This document shows, piece by piece, positions 1 to 9,067 of a stretch of DNA of 64,000 nt (its first letter is position 1; every line of letters begins with the position of its first letter). The position numbers and the translations under genes were made by a program. The notes below the pieces were generated by a model that was given only the letters and a program-made list of their open reading frames with translations, was not told where the DNA came from and did no database searches. This DNA is from an uncultured Chloroflexia bacterium (lineage in GTDB: Bacteria; Chloroflexota; Limnocylindria; Limnocylindrales; CSP1-4), in contig CAVYIM010000004.1 of assembly GCA_963768655.1 (NCBI GenBank), positions 544,001 through 608,000 on the forward strand. Direction: 5' to 3'.

Positions 1-297
1 GCCGACGACTGCGGCGTCCTCTTCGACTCGGGCGGTAACTTCGCCATTGGAATGCTGTTCCTCTTCCTCCTGCCCACCGTCCCGACTGCGAACTGCCTGC
101 TGTCGCTGCTCGCGGCGAGATTCCATCCGGCCGCTGGACTGCTGGCTGCCGTGGTGCTCTCATGCGCCGTGGTGCTAGTGCTGGTGATCACTCATGCGCT
201 GGGTTCGGCCCCGATCATTCCTTCGTTGGGGCCAGACTACGGCAGCGCGTGCCCGTCGGGCGTGCCTCCGTGGTGGCCGTCCTGGCTGCCACGGTAG
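1..297 (+). CDS. Small membrane protein, 5' truncated by the window edge; paralog of 2554..3018
   Basis: Frame 1 is open from base 1 (ADDCGVLFDSGGNFAIGMLF...CPSGVPPWWPSWLPR) and aligns with ADDCGVYFDSG...CPSGVPTWWPWWMPR of 2554..3018; hydrophobic segments. Confidence 0.75.
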   Translation, partial: ADDCGVLFDSGGNFAIGMLFLFLLPTVPTANCLLSLLAARFHPAAGLLAAVVLSCAVVLVLVITHALGSAPIIPSLGPDYGSACPSGVPPWWPSWLPR

Positions 298-310
298 GCA
301 GCCGGTCGGG

Positions 311-370
311 ATGGGATCGGAGACTTCTTCGGAGTCGGGCCGACACTATAGGGGTGAAGGTGCGGAGCGG
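311..370 (+). repeat. Dispersed 60-bp intergenic repeat, copy 1
   Basis: ATGGGATCGGAG...TGAAGGTGCGGAGCGG; 52/60 identical to 2418..2477 by hand alignment. Confidence 0.85.
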
Positions 371-709
371 TGGGCCAACGCCCGGAGCCAGCGTGCCACT
401 GCCTCCACGTCAGGTGGCGGGGCCTGCCTGACGGTTCTGAATTCGGCCGGAGGCCGCTCTGGCCAGGCCTGGCCAGACGTCACATTTGGGCTCATCGCGC
501 CCGCAGAGACGGGGCTTGTCAGCCCCGATGCGGCAGAACGGTGCGAGGTCTGTTGTGGGGCTGAGCCCAAGGCGCGGCCGTATTCTCGGGGCTTCAGGTC
601 GAGAGTAGAGTGCAGGACCATTGACACGGTGCGCCACCGGACGAGCGTATTGCGCGTCCGAAGAGCGGACGCACGAGCGGCGTAGTGCAGGTATGACAGG
701 GGGTGCGCG

Positions 710-1345
710 GTGAAAGCGACGATCGGACGAGGGGCGCGGCGCGTCGTCGCCGGCATGCTGTTCTCCGCCCTCGTGGGCGGTTGTGGCACGACACAGCCTG
801 TCACTTCTCCGGCTCCTTCCGCGTCGAGCGTCTCGCCCGCCGTGGCGACCACGGCGGAACCTACGGAATCACCGACACCGACAGCGAGCGCTGCGGCCGC
901 GGCCTGTGCATCGGCGGACCTTGCGATCACTGCGCTCAATGCCGGCGGCGGCGTCGGGACGGTCGGCGGCTGGTTACGGTTCCAGAACGTCGGAACGGAA
1001 CCCTGCACACTCACGGGCTGGCCGCAGGTCGTCGGAGTCACGGCCGGAGGGGCAAGGACGACAGCCGGCCAAGCCATGGCCCTTCTCGACTCCCCAGTGA
1101 TCTCCGGCACACCGGTTGTCGCCATCGCGCCCGGCGAGTCGGCCTTCGCGGTCTACGCTGGCGGGGACAACCCGACCGGGAGCGCAGGCTCGTGCCCTCC
1201 GCCGTACCACACCTTGCAGGTGACGGCGCCCGGGACGACGAAGTCGGTCTCCGTCTCGGCCTACAACGCCTGGCTCGGGCAGGATTTACCGTCGTGTGTC
1301 GGGATCGAGGTTACCCCGGTCATGGGCGCGAGCCTCATGCCGTAG
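710..1345 (+). CDS. DUF4232-like lipoprotein
   Basis: Lipobox-like LVGGC, Pro/Thr/Ala linker, then C-x3-DL...G.L.F.N.G..PC.L.GWP.V pattern typical of DUF4232. Confidence 0.75.
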   Translation: MKATIGRGARRVVAGMLFSALVGGCGTTQPVTSPAPSASSVSPAVATTAEPTESPTPTASAAAAACASADLAITALNAGGGVGTVGGWLRFQNVGTEPCTLTGWPQVVGVTAGGARTTAGQAMALLDSPVISGTPVVAIAPGESAFAVYAGGDNPTGSAGSCPPPYHTLQVTAPGTTKSVSVSAYNAWLGQDLPSCVGIEVTPVMGASLMP

Positions 1346-1754
1346 CTCTCGACTCTGCGGCCGTAGCCCGTTACGTGAGCACGATCGCGAAGGTGCGGGC
1401 GTTCCCCAACGCGTCTGACAGCGGTAGCTTCGGAAGGAGTCGGGCCTAGGCTAACCCGCTCGTCGGGGGTCTGGACCCCACGTCTCTACCGAGGCCGCGT
1501 CCTCGTTACGATGGGCGGCGCCAGAGGTCTCGGTTTGCGCACGTGTTCCTCCTCTGTTCGGCCAAAGTCTGGTGGCCCGTCGGTTGAGTCGTTCAGTTGA
1601 TGAAATCACCTCCTCCCTCGACGACCCACCCTCTCCGAAGATGCGACCGATTGCTCGGCCTGGGCACGGCGCAAGTCCCCTGGTTCCGACCGATGGTGCG
1701 AAACTCTAGCGATGAGGCCGAAGTTGCAGGGCCTGTTTGGAGCTTTGACGGCCG

Positions 1755-2270
1755 TTAGATGTCGCTGAAGATGAATGCGCCCGTGTAGTAATCGAGGATG
1801 ATCATCAGCGGACCGGGTTGGGGCCAGCAGGGCGAAGCCAAGGGGCTGGCGGCCGGCGGAGCGCAGACAACGGTGTTCGTGTCGTACGTGATGGCCCACA
1901 CGAGCCGCTTCGGGCTGTATAGGGCCGGTCCCAGCGCCGATCCAATGCCTGGCTGGGGGTCGACCGAGCTCCACGGTCCAGACTCGGCACTCACCAGGTG
2001 AGCGGTGCTATCGACGTCCTGATTGGCCAGGTCGATGGCACGGTCGCAGGTGATGCCGCCCGGCGCCGGAGATGCTGCGTTCACACAAGTGATGCTCGAC
2101 GCGTCGGCTCCGCTCGGCGCCAGGGCAGCCCCGGATCCAGAGGGGTTGCCGGTACCGGCAACGCAGCCCGCCAGCACGAGGGCGATGGCGATGGCAAGGC
2201 CACCGAGCAGCGACTTCGACGCGGCGCCTCCGGCGGGGCGGCGCTGGCCCCCGGGTTCAACGTTAGCCAT
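1755..2270 (-). CDS. Hypothetical lipoprotein
   Basis: Signal peptide with LAGC lipobox; paired Cys residues; 171 aa. Confidence 0.6.
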   Translation of the reverse strand: MANVEPGGQRRPAGGAASKSLLGGLAIAIALVLAGCVAGTGNPSGSGAALAPSGADASSITCVNAASPAPGGITCDRAIDLANQDVDSTAHLVSAESGPWSSVDPQPGIGSALGPALYSPKRLVWAITYDTNTVVCAPPAASPLASPCWPQPGPLMIILDYYTGAFIFSDI

Positions 2271-2417
2271 CGTGGCCCCCAGAGCAGATAACGAACTCCG
2301 TCATGCTCCCACCCGGCGCCTGGCACTTCAATATCGCGTTTCGAGGCCCAGCGATTCTGACCCTGCTTACTGCTCAGTGACTTCGTCAGATTCCCCCATG
2401 AGGAGAAGCCGACCTTC

Positions 2418-2477
2418 ATGGGATCGGAGCCGTCTTTGGAGTAGAGCCGACACTTTACGGCTGAAGGTGCGGAGCGG
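2418..2477 (+). repeat. Dispersed 60-bp intergenic repeat, copy 2
   Basis: 52/60 identical to 311..370. Confidence 0.85.
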
Positions 2478-2553
2478 GGCTGAACACGCCTTCGCCGACC
2501 AGTGGGTCGTCGACAGGACCCATTCGGCTTAGCGTCGTTGCTATGATCCATCG

Positions 2554-3018
2554 GTGGACCCCCTGAACCAACCCACCGCCAGAACCGGCCCTCAGTGGCC
2601 AGGCGGTCCACCGAACCCCAGTCCAGCAGCCAGACACCACTCCGCGTGGCTCTACGTTGGAGTCGCGTTGGCAGCCTGTCTGCTGGGGGTGTTGTCCGTC
2701 TGGATCGGCATGAGGATCGCGGTTGCCGCTGCCGACGACTGCGGGGTCTACTTCGACTCGGGCAATGACGGTGCCTTGGGGCTCCAGTTCGTGCTACTGG
2801 CCCCTACAGTCGCTGCGGCCAACTGTCTCCTGTCCCTCCTTGCGGCGCGAATCCATCCGGCCGCTGGATTCCTGGTGGCCGCAGGGCTCGCGGTACTCGT
2901 CACGTTTGTGTTGGTAGGCACCCACTCCCTCTCCTGGGCGCCGTCCGGACCCGACATGGGGGGCTACCTGTGCCCGTCCGGGGTGCCGACCTGGTGGCCG
3001 TGGTGGATGCCACGATAA
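2554..3018 (+). CDS. Small multi-pass membrane protein with C-terminal CPSGVPxWWPxW motif
   Basis: Three hydrophobic segments; paralog at 1..297; TGcTATGAT extended -10 lies 6 nt before the GTG. Confidence 0.75.
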   Translation: MDPLNQPTARTGPQWPGGPPNPSPAARHHSAWLYVGVALAACLLGVLSVWIGMRIAVAAADDCGVYFDSGNDGALGLQFVLLAPTVAAANCLLSLLAARIHPAAGFLVAAGLAVLVTFVLVGTHSLSWAPSGPDMGGYLCPSGVPTWWPWWMPR

Positions 3019-3033
3019 GGCGGCCAGTTCTCG

Positions 3034-3064
3034 ATCGGATCGGAGCCGTCTTTGGAGTGGAGCC
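3034..3064 (+). repeat. Truncated third copy of the 60-bp repeat
   Basis: ATCGGATCGGAGCCGTCTTTGGAGTGGAGCC matches the first half of copy 2. Confidence 0.75.
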
Positions 3065-3079
3065 TCCGACCTCTCCCGA

Positions 3080-3808
3080 TCAGGAAGGCGGGGGAGGGCC
3101 TTCACGGAGCGAGTCCCCGTCGGCGACGCGATAGCCGATGCCGGGCTCCGTTTCGATCAGGCCGTCGAGCGAGACGTCGGTGACGGCCGAGAGCTTGCGG
3201 CGCAGGCGATTGACGTATACGTGGAGGTAGGCACTCTCCTCCGCGTACGCGAGACCCCAGACCGCGCGCAGCAGCCGGGCCTTGGTGAGGACCCGGCCCT
3301 GATTCGAGAGCAGCACCTTCAGCAGCTCGTACTCGCGCGGGGTCAGGCGGACCGGCGCCCCCGCGACCCTGACTTCCCGGCGTACCTGGTCGAGCTCGAT
3401 GGGGCCGAGCCGCAGGCGGCCCGAGGCGTCGGCGTCGACTCCGCCGGCGCGCCGCAGCACGGCCCGGATGCGGGCGTTCAACTCGTCCGTGGCGAATGGC
3501 TTGGTCAGGTAGTCGTCGGCGCCCGCCTCGAGTCCACCGATCTTGTCGCGCTCGTCGCCGCGGGCAGAGAGGATGATGATCGGCGTCGTGGCTTCGCGCC
3601 GAATACGGCGAATCACGTCGACGCCATCGAGATCCGGCAGTCCTAGATCGAGCAGCACAAGGTCCGCCCGGTGCGCATCCCAGAGACGCATCGCTTCCTT
3701 CGCCGAGGCGGCTCCGTGGACGTCGTAGCCGCGCCGGGTCAGGTACTCGGCCAGGGTTCGTCGCGCACCGTCCTCATCCTCGACGAGCAGGAGCGCCGGC
3801 CCGCTCAT
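3080..3808 (-). CDS. kdpE: OmpR-family response regulator, KdpE-like
   Basis: LLVEDE, LLDLGLPDLDG, GADDYLTKPF, winged helix LTPREY...IETEPGIGYR; start overlaps the kinase stop. Confidence 0.85.
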   Translation of the reverse strand: MSGPALLLVEDEDGARRTLAEYLTRRGYDVHGAASAKEAMRLWDAHRADLVLLDLGLPDLDGVDVIRRIRREATTPIIILSARGDERDKIGGLEAGADDYLTKPFATDELNARIRAVLRRAGGVDADASGRLRLGPIELDQVRREVRVAGAPVRLTPREYELLKVLLSNQGRVLTKARLLRAVWGLAYAEESAYLHVYVNRLRRKLSAVTDVSLDGLIETEPGIGYRVADGDSLREGPPPPS

Positions 3809-5412
3809 GCCGTCTCGCCCGAAGCCGGCGCCGGCACGCGCTGGGGTGGGGTGGGATCGGCCGACTGTTCGGGCACGATGGCCCGGTGGAGCCGGACGTC
3901 CACCCGCAGGCCACCAAGCTCGCTGCGGCACGCCGACACCTGGCCTTCCATCGCCCGCGTCAGGCCCTCGACGACGGTCAGGCCGATGCCCATGCCCCGC
4001 CGCTGTGCCTCGCCCGGCGCTCCGGCCTGGTAGAACTTCTCGAACAGGTGCGGCAGGGCTGTGTCCGGCACTCCGCGCCCGTCATCCTCGACGCTGACCT
4101 GCACGAGCCCGTCCGGGAGCTCGCGGCCGCCGACGCGGATCGTGTCGCCGCCGTAACGGATCGCGTTCTCGATCAAGTTGCCGAGGACCTGGCCGAGGTA
4201 CAGCTCGTCCGCCAGCACCGGCGAGAGTGGTTCGATCAGCTCGACGACGATGCGCCTGTCGGGATTGACGCGGGCCCGCCTGACAGCCTGACGGACCACG
4301 TCTTCGAGGTCGCAGGGCTCCAGCTCCGGCTTGAGGGCGCCGCCTTCGATGCGGCTCAGGTCGAGCAGGTTCCGGACCAGCCTGCCCATCCGCTCGGCCT
4401 CCGCGTCGATCGCCTGGAACGCCTGCCGGTGGTCGTCCTCGGACCACTTCACCGACTCGTCGAGCATGCTGCCGGCAGCGGCCCGGATCGTCGCCAGCGG
4501 GGTGCGCAGGTCGTGGGATACGGAATCGAGCAGGGCCGTCTTCAGGGCCTCGCTCTGGCGGGCGATCTCGGCGCTGGTCGCCTCCTGGGTCAGGCGGTCG
4601 CGGACGATGGCCTGACCGAGCTGGTCGGCGGCCGCGGACAGGATCCTGGTCTCGGCCTGATCGGGCTCGAGCTCGTCGCGCGCCCGGAGCGCCCACAGCG
4701 AGCCGAGCGTTTCGCCGGCTACCTCGATACGGACGCGGTGCAGCGCGGCGCGCGGGCCGCGCCAGGCACTCCTGCTCGCCACGTGCGCCCGAACCCAGCG
4801 CATCTGACCGTCCGGCCGGCGCTGCAGCACGACCTGCCAGCCCGGCATCGGGAGTGGCTCCGGCGCGGCCGTGTCGGCGAGGGTCCGTTCCTCGGACGGG
4901 GTCGCGCCCAGGCTGACCCAGACCCGATCCATGGCCGTGAGCATCTCCAGCCGCGTGGCCACGGCCGGGGCCGCCTCGGCGACGGTGCGGGTCGCCGCGA
5001 GCACGCTCGTGATGGCGTGGAGCGCCTCCGCTTCGCGGGCCCGGTCCGCGGCTTCACGCGTCCGCTCCGCCTGGAGCGCGGCCAGGCGACCGATGACGGA
5101 GGCGACGGCGAGCAGGAGGAGCAGGTTCAGCCATTCGTCGGGGCTGTTTATCGTGAGGGTGTAGAGCGGCTCGACGAACAGGAAGTCGTACAGAAGGAAT
5201 GCCGCGACCGAGGTCAGCATCGCCGGCGCCGTGCCGTAGCGCATGCCGACGGCGAGCACCGCGAGCAGGTAGACCGGCGCCGGGTAGGTGACGTGGATGC
5301 CGGCCCGGAGGAGGGCGATCGTCAGCGTCGAGGCGCCGAGCGAGGCAAGTGCCAGCGCGACCATCCCGACCAGATCCGCCCGCCTGGGGAGCCTGACTCG
5401 CCAGATATCCAT
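3805..5412 (-). CDS. KdpD-like sensor histidine kinase (DUF4118 TM, GAF, HisKA, HATPase) lacking the N-terminal KdpD/Usp domains
   Basis: LLYDFLFVEPLYTL DUF4118 signature, SVSHDLRTPL H-box, NLIENAIRY, DDGRG, GMGIGL; start placed at ATG 5412. Confidence 0.85.
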   Translation of the reverse strand: MDIWRVRLPRRADLVGMVALALASLGASTLTIALLRAGIHVTYPAPVYLLAVLAVGMRYGTAPAMLTSVAAFLLYDFLFVEPLYTLTINSPDEWLNLLLLLAVASVIGRLAALQAERTREAADRAREAEALHAITSVLAATRTVAEAAPAVATRLEMLTAMDRVWVSLGATPSEERTLADTAAPEPLPMPGWQVVLQRRPDGQMRWVRAHVASRSAWRGPRAALHRVRIEVAGETLGSLWALRARDELEPDQAETRILSAAADQLGQAIVRDRLTQEATSAEIARQSEALKTALLDSVSHDLRTPLATIRAAAGSMLDESVKWSEDDHRQAFQAIDAEAERMGRLVRNLLDLSRIEGGALKPELEPCDLEDVVRQAVRRARVNPDRRIVVELIEPLSPVLADELYLGQVLGNLIENAIRYGGDTIRVGGRELPDGLVQVSVEDDGRGVPDTALPHLFEKFYQAGAPGEAQRRGMGIGLTVVEGLTRAMEGQVSACRSELGGLRVDVRLHRAIVPEQSADPTPPQRVPAPASGETA

Positions 5413-5463
5413 CACCAGGATCGTAGTCCCGGCCGCGGCCGCGGAGGCCCCTTTGGGCGGCTC

Positions 5464-5481
5464 TGTTGAGCGGATGTTGAG
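5464..5481. promoter_or_regulatory. Candidate OmpR/KdpE-type direct-repeat operator
   Basis: TGTTGAG-N4-TGTTGAG (11-bp period) in the divergent intergenic region; a third AGTTGAG at 5528. Confidence 0.4.
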
Positions 5482-5537
5482 GGCCGGCGGGCACCGGCTC
5501 CATCTTCCCTCGTGGGCCCCCGGCCTAAGTTGAGGGT

Positions 5538-6023
5538 GTGACATTCGCTGATGGCGTGCTGAGACTCGTTCGGGCTGGAACGCGGGCTGACGCGGAGGGA
5601 GGTCGGTCCCCGTCCCGGTCTGTCGACGCTGGCATCTCGGGCGGCTCCGGCAGGCTGGCCGCCGGGCCTCTGGAAGTTGTCGCGGTCGAGTCCCCGACCG
5701 AGTTCGACCTTGCGGCCGTGGCCGCGCCAGCCGACAATGCCTCCGCGGCCGAACCATTCGCCGTGGACGGCATGCCAGCCGAGCCGGCGGCAGAACCGTC
5801 CCACCTCGAGCCCGGCTTCGCCGACATCGAGGCCGCCGTGGCCCTGGTCGAGACCGGGTTAGCGACACGGGTCGTGCTCAGCGGCTTCCCGTCGTGGCCC
5901 GGCCTGCTGTGGCAGGCCTACCAGCTGGCCGAAGCCTCCAACGTCCTGATCCTGCCGACCGTGGTCCGTCCCGGCGGCCGCGTGGACATCGTGATCGCGA
6001 GGGAAGCCACCATAGATGAGTGA
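5538..6023 (+). CDS. Hypothetical protein translationally coupled to the transporter (start uncertain)
   Basis: Overlaps the 6016 start; low-complexity acidic N-terminal part and a compact globular-looking C-terminal ~65 aa. Confidence 0.6.
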   Translation: MTFADGVLRLVRAGTRADAEGGRSPSRSVDAGISGGSGRLAAGPLEVVAVESPTEFDLAAVAAPADNASAAEPFAVDGMPAEPAAEPSHLEPGFADIEAAVALVETGLATRVVLSGFPSWPGLLWQAYQLAEASNVLILPTVVRPGGRVDIVIAREATIDE

Positions 6024-8010
6024 ACAACAACAACTGCGTGGCCGGAAGCTGGGAGACCGGCGCGTCGTCGTTGATCGTCCTCACGCCCGCTACTTCCGAT
6101 ACGTCGCGCCCGGCGTCCTGGAGGCCAAGCTCGAAGCTCAGGCGCCGCGGACGGCCTACCAGCGTCGCATGGCCACCATCCGCGGAATCCTGTTCGGCCG
6201 CCCGCTTTCATCCGCCGCGGAGCTGAGCGAGCGGCTGCCCAAGTGGAAGGCCCTGCCGGTCTTCTCGTCGGACGTGATGTCCTCGGTCGCCTATGCGACC
6301 GGAGCCATGATGCTCATCCTCGTCGGGGCCGGGCAGGATAGCTTCAAGTACGTCCTGGGGCTGTCCGTCGTCGTCGTCGCTCTGCTGGTCATCGTCACCT
6401 TCAGCTACCGCCAGACGATCCGGGCCTATCCCAACGGCGGCGGAAGCTACATCGTCGCCCACGCCAACCTGGGCGTGATGGCCGGCCTCGTCGCCGCCGG
6501 ATCTCTCCTTACGGACTATGTCCTGACGGTGTCGGTGAGCGTGTCGTCAGGCGTGCAGGCGCTGTATTCCGCGTTCTCCGGTCTCCAGCACTTCAGGGTG
6601 CAACTTATCGCCTTGTCGATCCTGCTGGTGATGGTCATCAACCTGCGCGGGCTCCGGGAGAGCGGGACGCTCTTCGCCAGCCCGACGTACATCTTCATCG
6701 GTTCGATGCTCCTGCTGATCGGCGTGGGCATCTTCAGAACCATGACCGGCAGTTTGAACCAGGTCACGGACGTAGCGCCCCTGACCGGCGTAGCCACCGA
6801 GAACATGGGCATTTTCCTGCTGTGCAAGGCATTCGCCGACGGCTGCTCGGCAATGACCGGGACCGAAGCCGTTGCCAACGGAGTCCCCGCCTTCAAGCCG
6901 GTCGAATGGAAGAACGCACAGCAGACGATGATCATCATGGCGACACTGCTGGGCATCATGTTCCTGGGCACGAGCTTTCTGGCGATCCAGGTCGGTGCCC
7001 ACCCCTCGGGGTTCCAGGCCGGCGGCGAGAGCGTGCTATCCCAGGTCGGTCGCACCGTCTTCGGCGGCCCGGGGATCCTCTATTACATCCTGCAGTTCTC
7101 GACCATGGGCATCTTGATCCTCGCGGCGAACACGAGCTTCGCCGACTTTCCGCGCCTGTCCTCCATCCTGGCACGCGACGGGTTCTTTCCGCGCCAGTTC
7201 GCACTGCGCGGCGAAAGGCTGGCGTTCAACTCGGGCATCGTCGCCCTGGCGCTCATCTCGATCGCCCTCGTGGTCGCCTTCGATGGCTCGACCGACCGCC
7301 TGATCGGCCTGTACGCCATCGGCGTGTTCACCTCGTTCACGTTGTCGCAGTCGGGCATGGTTCGGCATTGGTTCAGCGAACGGGGACCGGGCTGGCGGCG
7401 GAGCGCTCTGATCAACGGCGTCGGTGCGGTCGTAACAGGCATAGTGGTCGTAGTCATCGCCATCTCCAAGTTCGACCAGGGCGTCTGGATGATCATCATC
7501 GTCGTCCCGATCCTGGTAGGGATGATGCTGTTCATCAAACACGAGTACGCCCAGGAAGAGGTTGGCCTCGAGGTCCAGCCGGACGTCGTGTTCGGGCCGC
7601 CCCATCGCCGCCAGAGAGTGGTCGTGTCGGCCCAGGCCATGAGCCGGGCGGTGGTCCAGGCCGTGAAGGTCGGCGAGACGATGGGCGAGGAAGTGCAGCT
7701 GGTCCACGTGACGCTGGATCCGGCCGAGGGCGAGCATTTCCGCGAGCGAGTCGAGCGTCAGCTACCGGGCGTTCGGGTCGTGCTGGTCGAGTCGCCGTAC
7801 CGGGCGCTCGTCCGGCCGTTCGTGCGTTACCTGGAGGTTTCGCAGGCCGAGGATCCGGGCCGGCTCACGATCGTCCTGCTGCCCGAGCATCTGCCCCGCC
7901 ACTGGTGGGACCGCATCCTGTACAACCAGAACGTGCACCGCATCCGGGCGGCGCTGGTCGGTCGCAAGGACTTCGTCGTGCTCGACACGCCCTACCGGCG
8001 AGAGGCGTAG
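6016..8010 (+). CDS. APC-superfamily transporter, KimA/YdaO-like (putative K+ importer)
   Basis: SSDVMSSVAY, AYPNGGGSY, DYVLTVSVS, TGTEAVANG, AANTSFADFPRL; cytoplasmic tail with ESPYR and WWDRILYNQ. Confidence 0.85.
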   Translation: MSEQQQLRGRKLGDRRVVVDRPHARYFRYVAPGVLEAKLEAQAPRTAYQRRMATIRGILFGRPLSSAAELSERLPKWKALPVFSSDVMSSVAYATGAMMLILVGAGQDSFKYVLGLSVVVVALLVIVTFSYRQTIRAYPNGGGSYIVAHANLGVMAGLVAAGSLLTDYVLTVSVSVSSGVQALYSAFSGLQHFRVQLIALSILLVMVINLRGLRESGTLFASPTYIFIGSMLLLIGVGIFRTMTGSLNQVTDVAPLTGVATENMGIFLLCKAFADGCSAMTGTEAVANGVPAFKPVEWKNAQQTMIIMATLLGIMFLGTSFLAIQVGAHPSGFQAGGESVLSQVGRTVFGGPGILYYILQFSTMGILILAANTSFADFPRLSSILARDGFFPRQFALRGERLAFNSGIVALALISIALVVAFDGSTDRLIGLYAIGVFTSFTLSQSGMVRHWFSERGPGWRRSALINGVGAVVTGIVVVVIAISKFDQGVWMIIIVVPILVGMMLFIKHEYAQEEVGLEVQPDVVFGPPHRRQRVVVSAQAMSRAVVQAVKVGETMGEEVQLVHVTLDPAEGEHFRERVERQLPGVRVVLVESPYRALVRPFVRYLEVSQAEDPGRLTIVLLPEHLPRHWWDRILYNQNVHRIRAALVGRKDFVVLDTPYRREA

Positions 8011-8083
8011 GCAAGCGCGAGTCCGGTCCGCGCCGGCGCGTCCGGCGTCCGGCGCCGTCCCGGCAGTGCGCGAAGCCGCGCCG

Positions 8084-8121
8084 CCTCGACCAGGTCAGAC
8101 CTCGACCAGGTCAGACCTCGA
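8084..8121. repeat. 16-bp tandem duplication over the MBL gene stop codon
   Basis: CCTCGACCAGGTCAGA x2 plus CCTCGA. Confidence 0.8.
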
Positions 8122-8881
8122 TCATGCCCCCCGGCGTGGCCACCTCGATGGCGCCGCGGTAGACCTCGCCGGCCCGCTCGACCGCCTCTTCGGGTGCGAG
8201 ACCCGGGGCCAGGTGGGTAAGGACCAGACGCGCCACGCCGGCGTGCTGGGCCGTCAGGCCGGCGTCCTCGGGGGAGAGGTGGACGGACGGAATCTCGATC
8301 ACGTCGGTCCCCACCTCGGCGACCAGGACCCGTGCGCCTTTCGCCAGAGTGACCAGGTTGTCGCATGGGCCGGTGTCGCCGCTGTACGCCAGGCGGTGCT
8401 CGCCCAGCCTGGCGGTCAACCCGAAGGCCGGGATGCCGTGCTCGACGGCCCGGGCCTGGATGCGCAGGTCGCCGATCTCGGCGATGCCGCGATCCTTGAG
8501 CTCGACCACCTGGAAGAAGTTGCTCATGTGATGGTCGGCTGCGCTCTTGACGAAATCCTCGACCCGCTTGGCCCAGCCGGTCGGGGCCAGGACCGGGATC
8601 TTGCGCATCGGCTTCTCCGAGTACGCGAAGGCGTAGTAGAGGAGCGGCATGTCGGCGAAGTGGTCGGCATGCAGGTGGCTGATCCACACGGCGTGAAGGT
8701 CGTCCAGGTTGATCAGATGCTGCAGCGGGCCAAGCGTGCCGCCCCCGACGTCGACCAGGACGTTCGCGCCGCCGCCCTGCAGGAGGTAGCCCGAACAGGG
8801 CTCCTCGGCCTTGGGGAATGGGGCGCTGCCAAGCGTCGTCCATCGGATAGGGCCTTCAGCCTTCCTGCCCCTGCCCGCCAC
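8111..8881 (-). CDS. MBL-fold metallo-hydrolase (RNase Z/BN-like)
   Basis: SHLHADH motif, YSGDT, LVLTH. Confidence 0.85.
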   Translation of the reverse strand: MAGRGRKAEGPIRWTTLGSAPFPKAEEPCSGYLLQGGGANVLVDVGGGTLGPLQHLINLDDLHAVWISHLHADHFADMPLLYYAFAYSEKPMRKIPVLAPTGWAKRVEDFVKSAADHHMSNFFQVVELKDRGIAEIGDLRIQARAVEHGIPAFGLTARLGEHRLAYSGDTGPCDNLVTLAKGARVLVAEVGTDVIEIPSVHLSPEDAGLTAQHAGVARLVLTHLAPGLAPEEAVERAGEVYRGAIEVATPGGMIEV

Positions 8882-9049
8882 GCGTTTCCCTCCACGATGC
8901 CGTCGACCTGGTGAGTTGCACGGATCGTAGTGCCCGCGGCGGCTCTCCGCTAGGCCCGCTCTCCACCAGACAAGAATCTGGCGGTCGCCACAGGGCCCGG
9001 AGGGTCATCCTCTCCTACTCAATTCGCATGATGGCGAGCTATTTGCGGT

Positions 9050-9067
9050 AGCTGATACTATTCAGCT
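9050..9067 (+). promoter_or_regulatory. Candidate MarR operator straddling a -10 box
   Basis: Inverted repeat AGCTGA-TACTAT-TCAGCT immediately before the GTG at 9068; related AGCTA-N7-TAGCT at 9037..9053. Confidence 0.55.

Noticed and set aside
311-3064. CRISPR array or integron attC array
   Set aside because: The repeats are 60 bp, degenerate and kilobases apart; no cas or integrase gene; no convincing RYYYAAC...GTTRRRY palindrome
5413-6015. c-di-AMP (ydaO) riboswitch before the KimA-like gene
   Set aside because: I could not find the conserved riboswitch core, and most of the region is a plausible ORF
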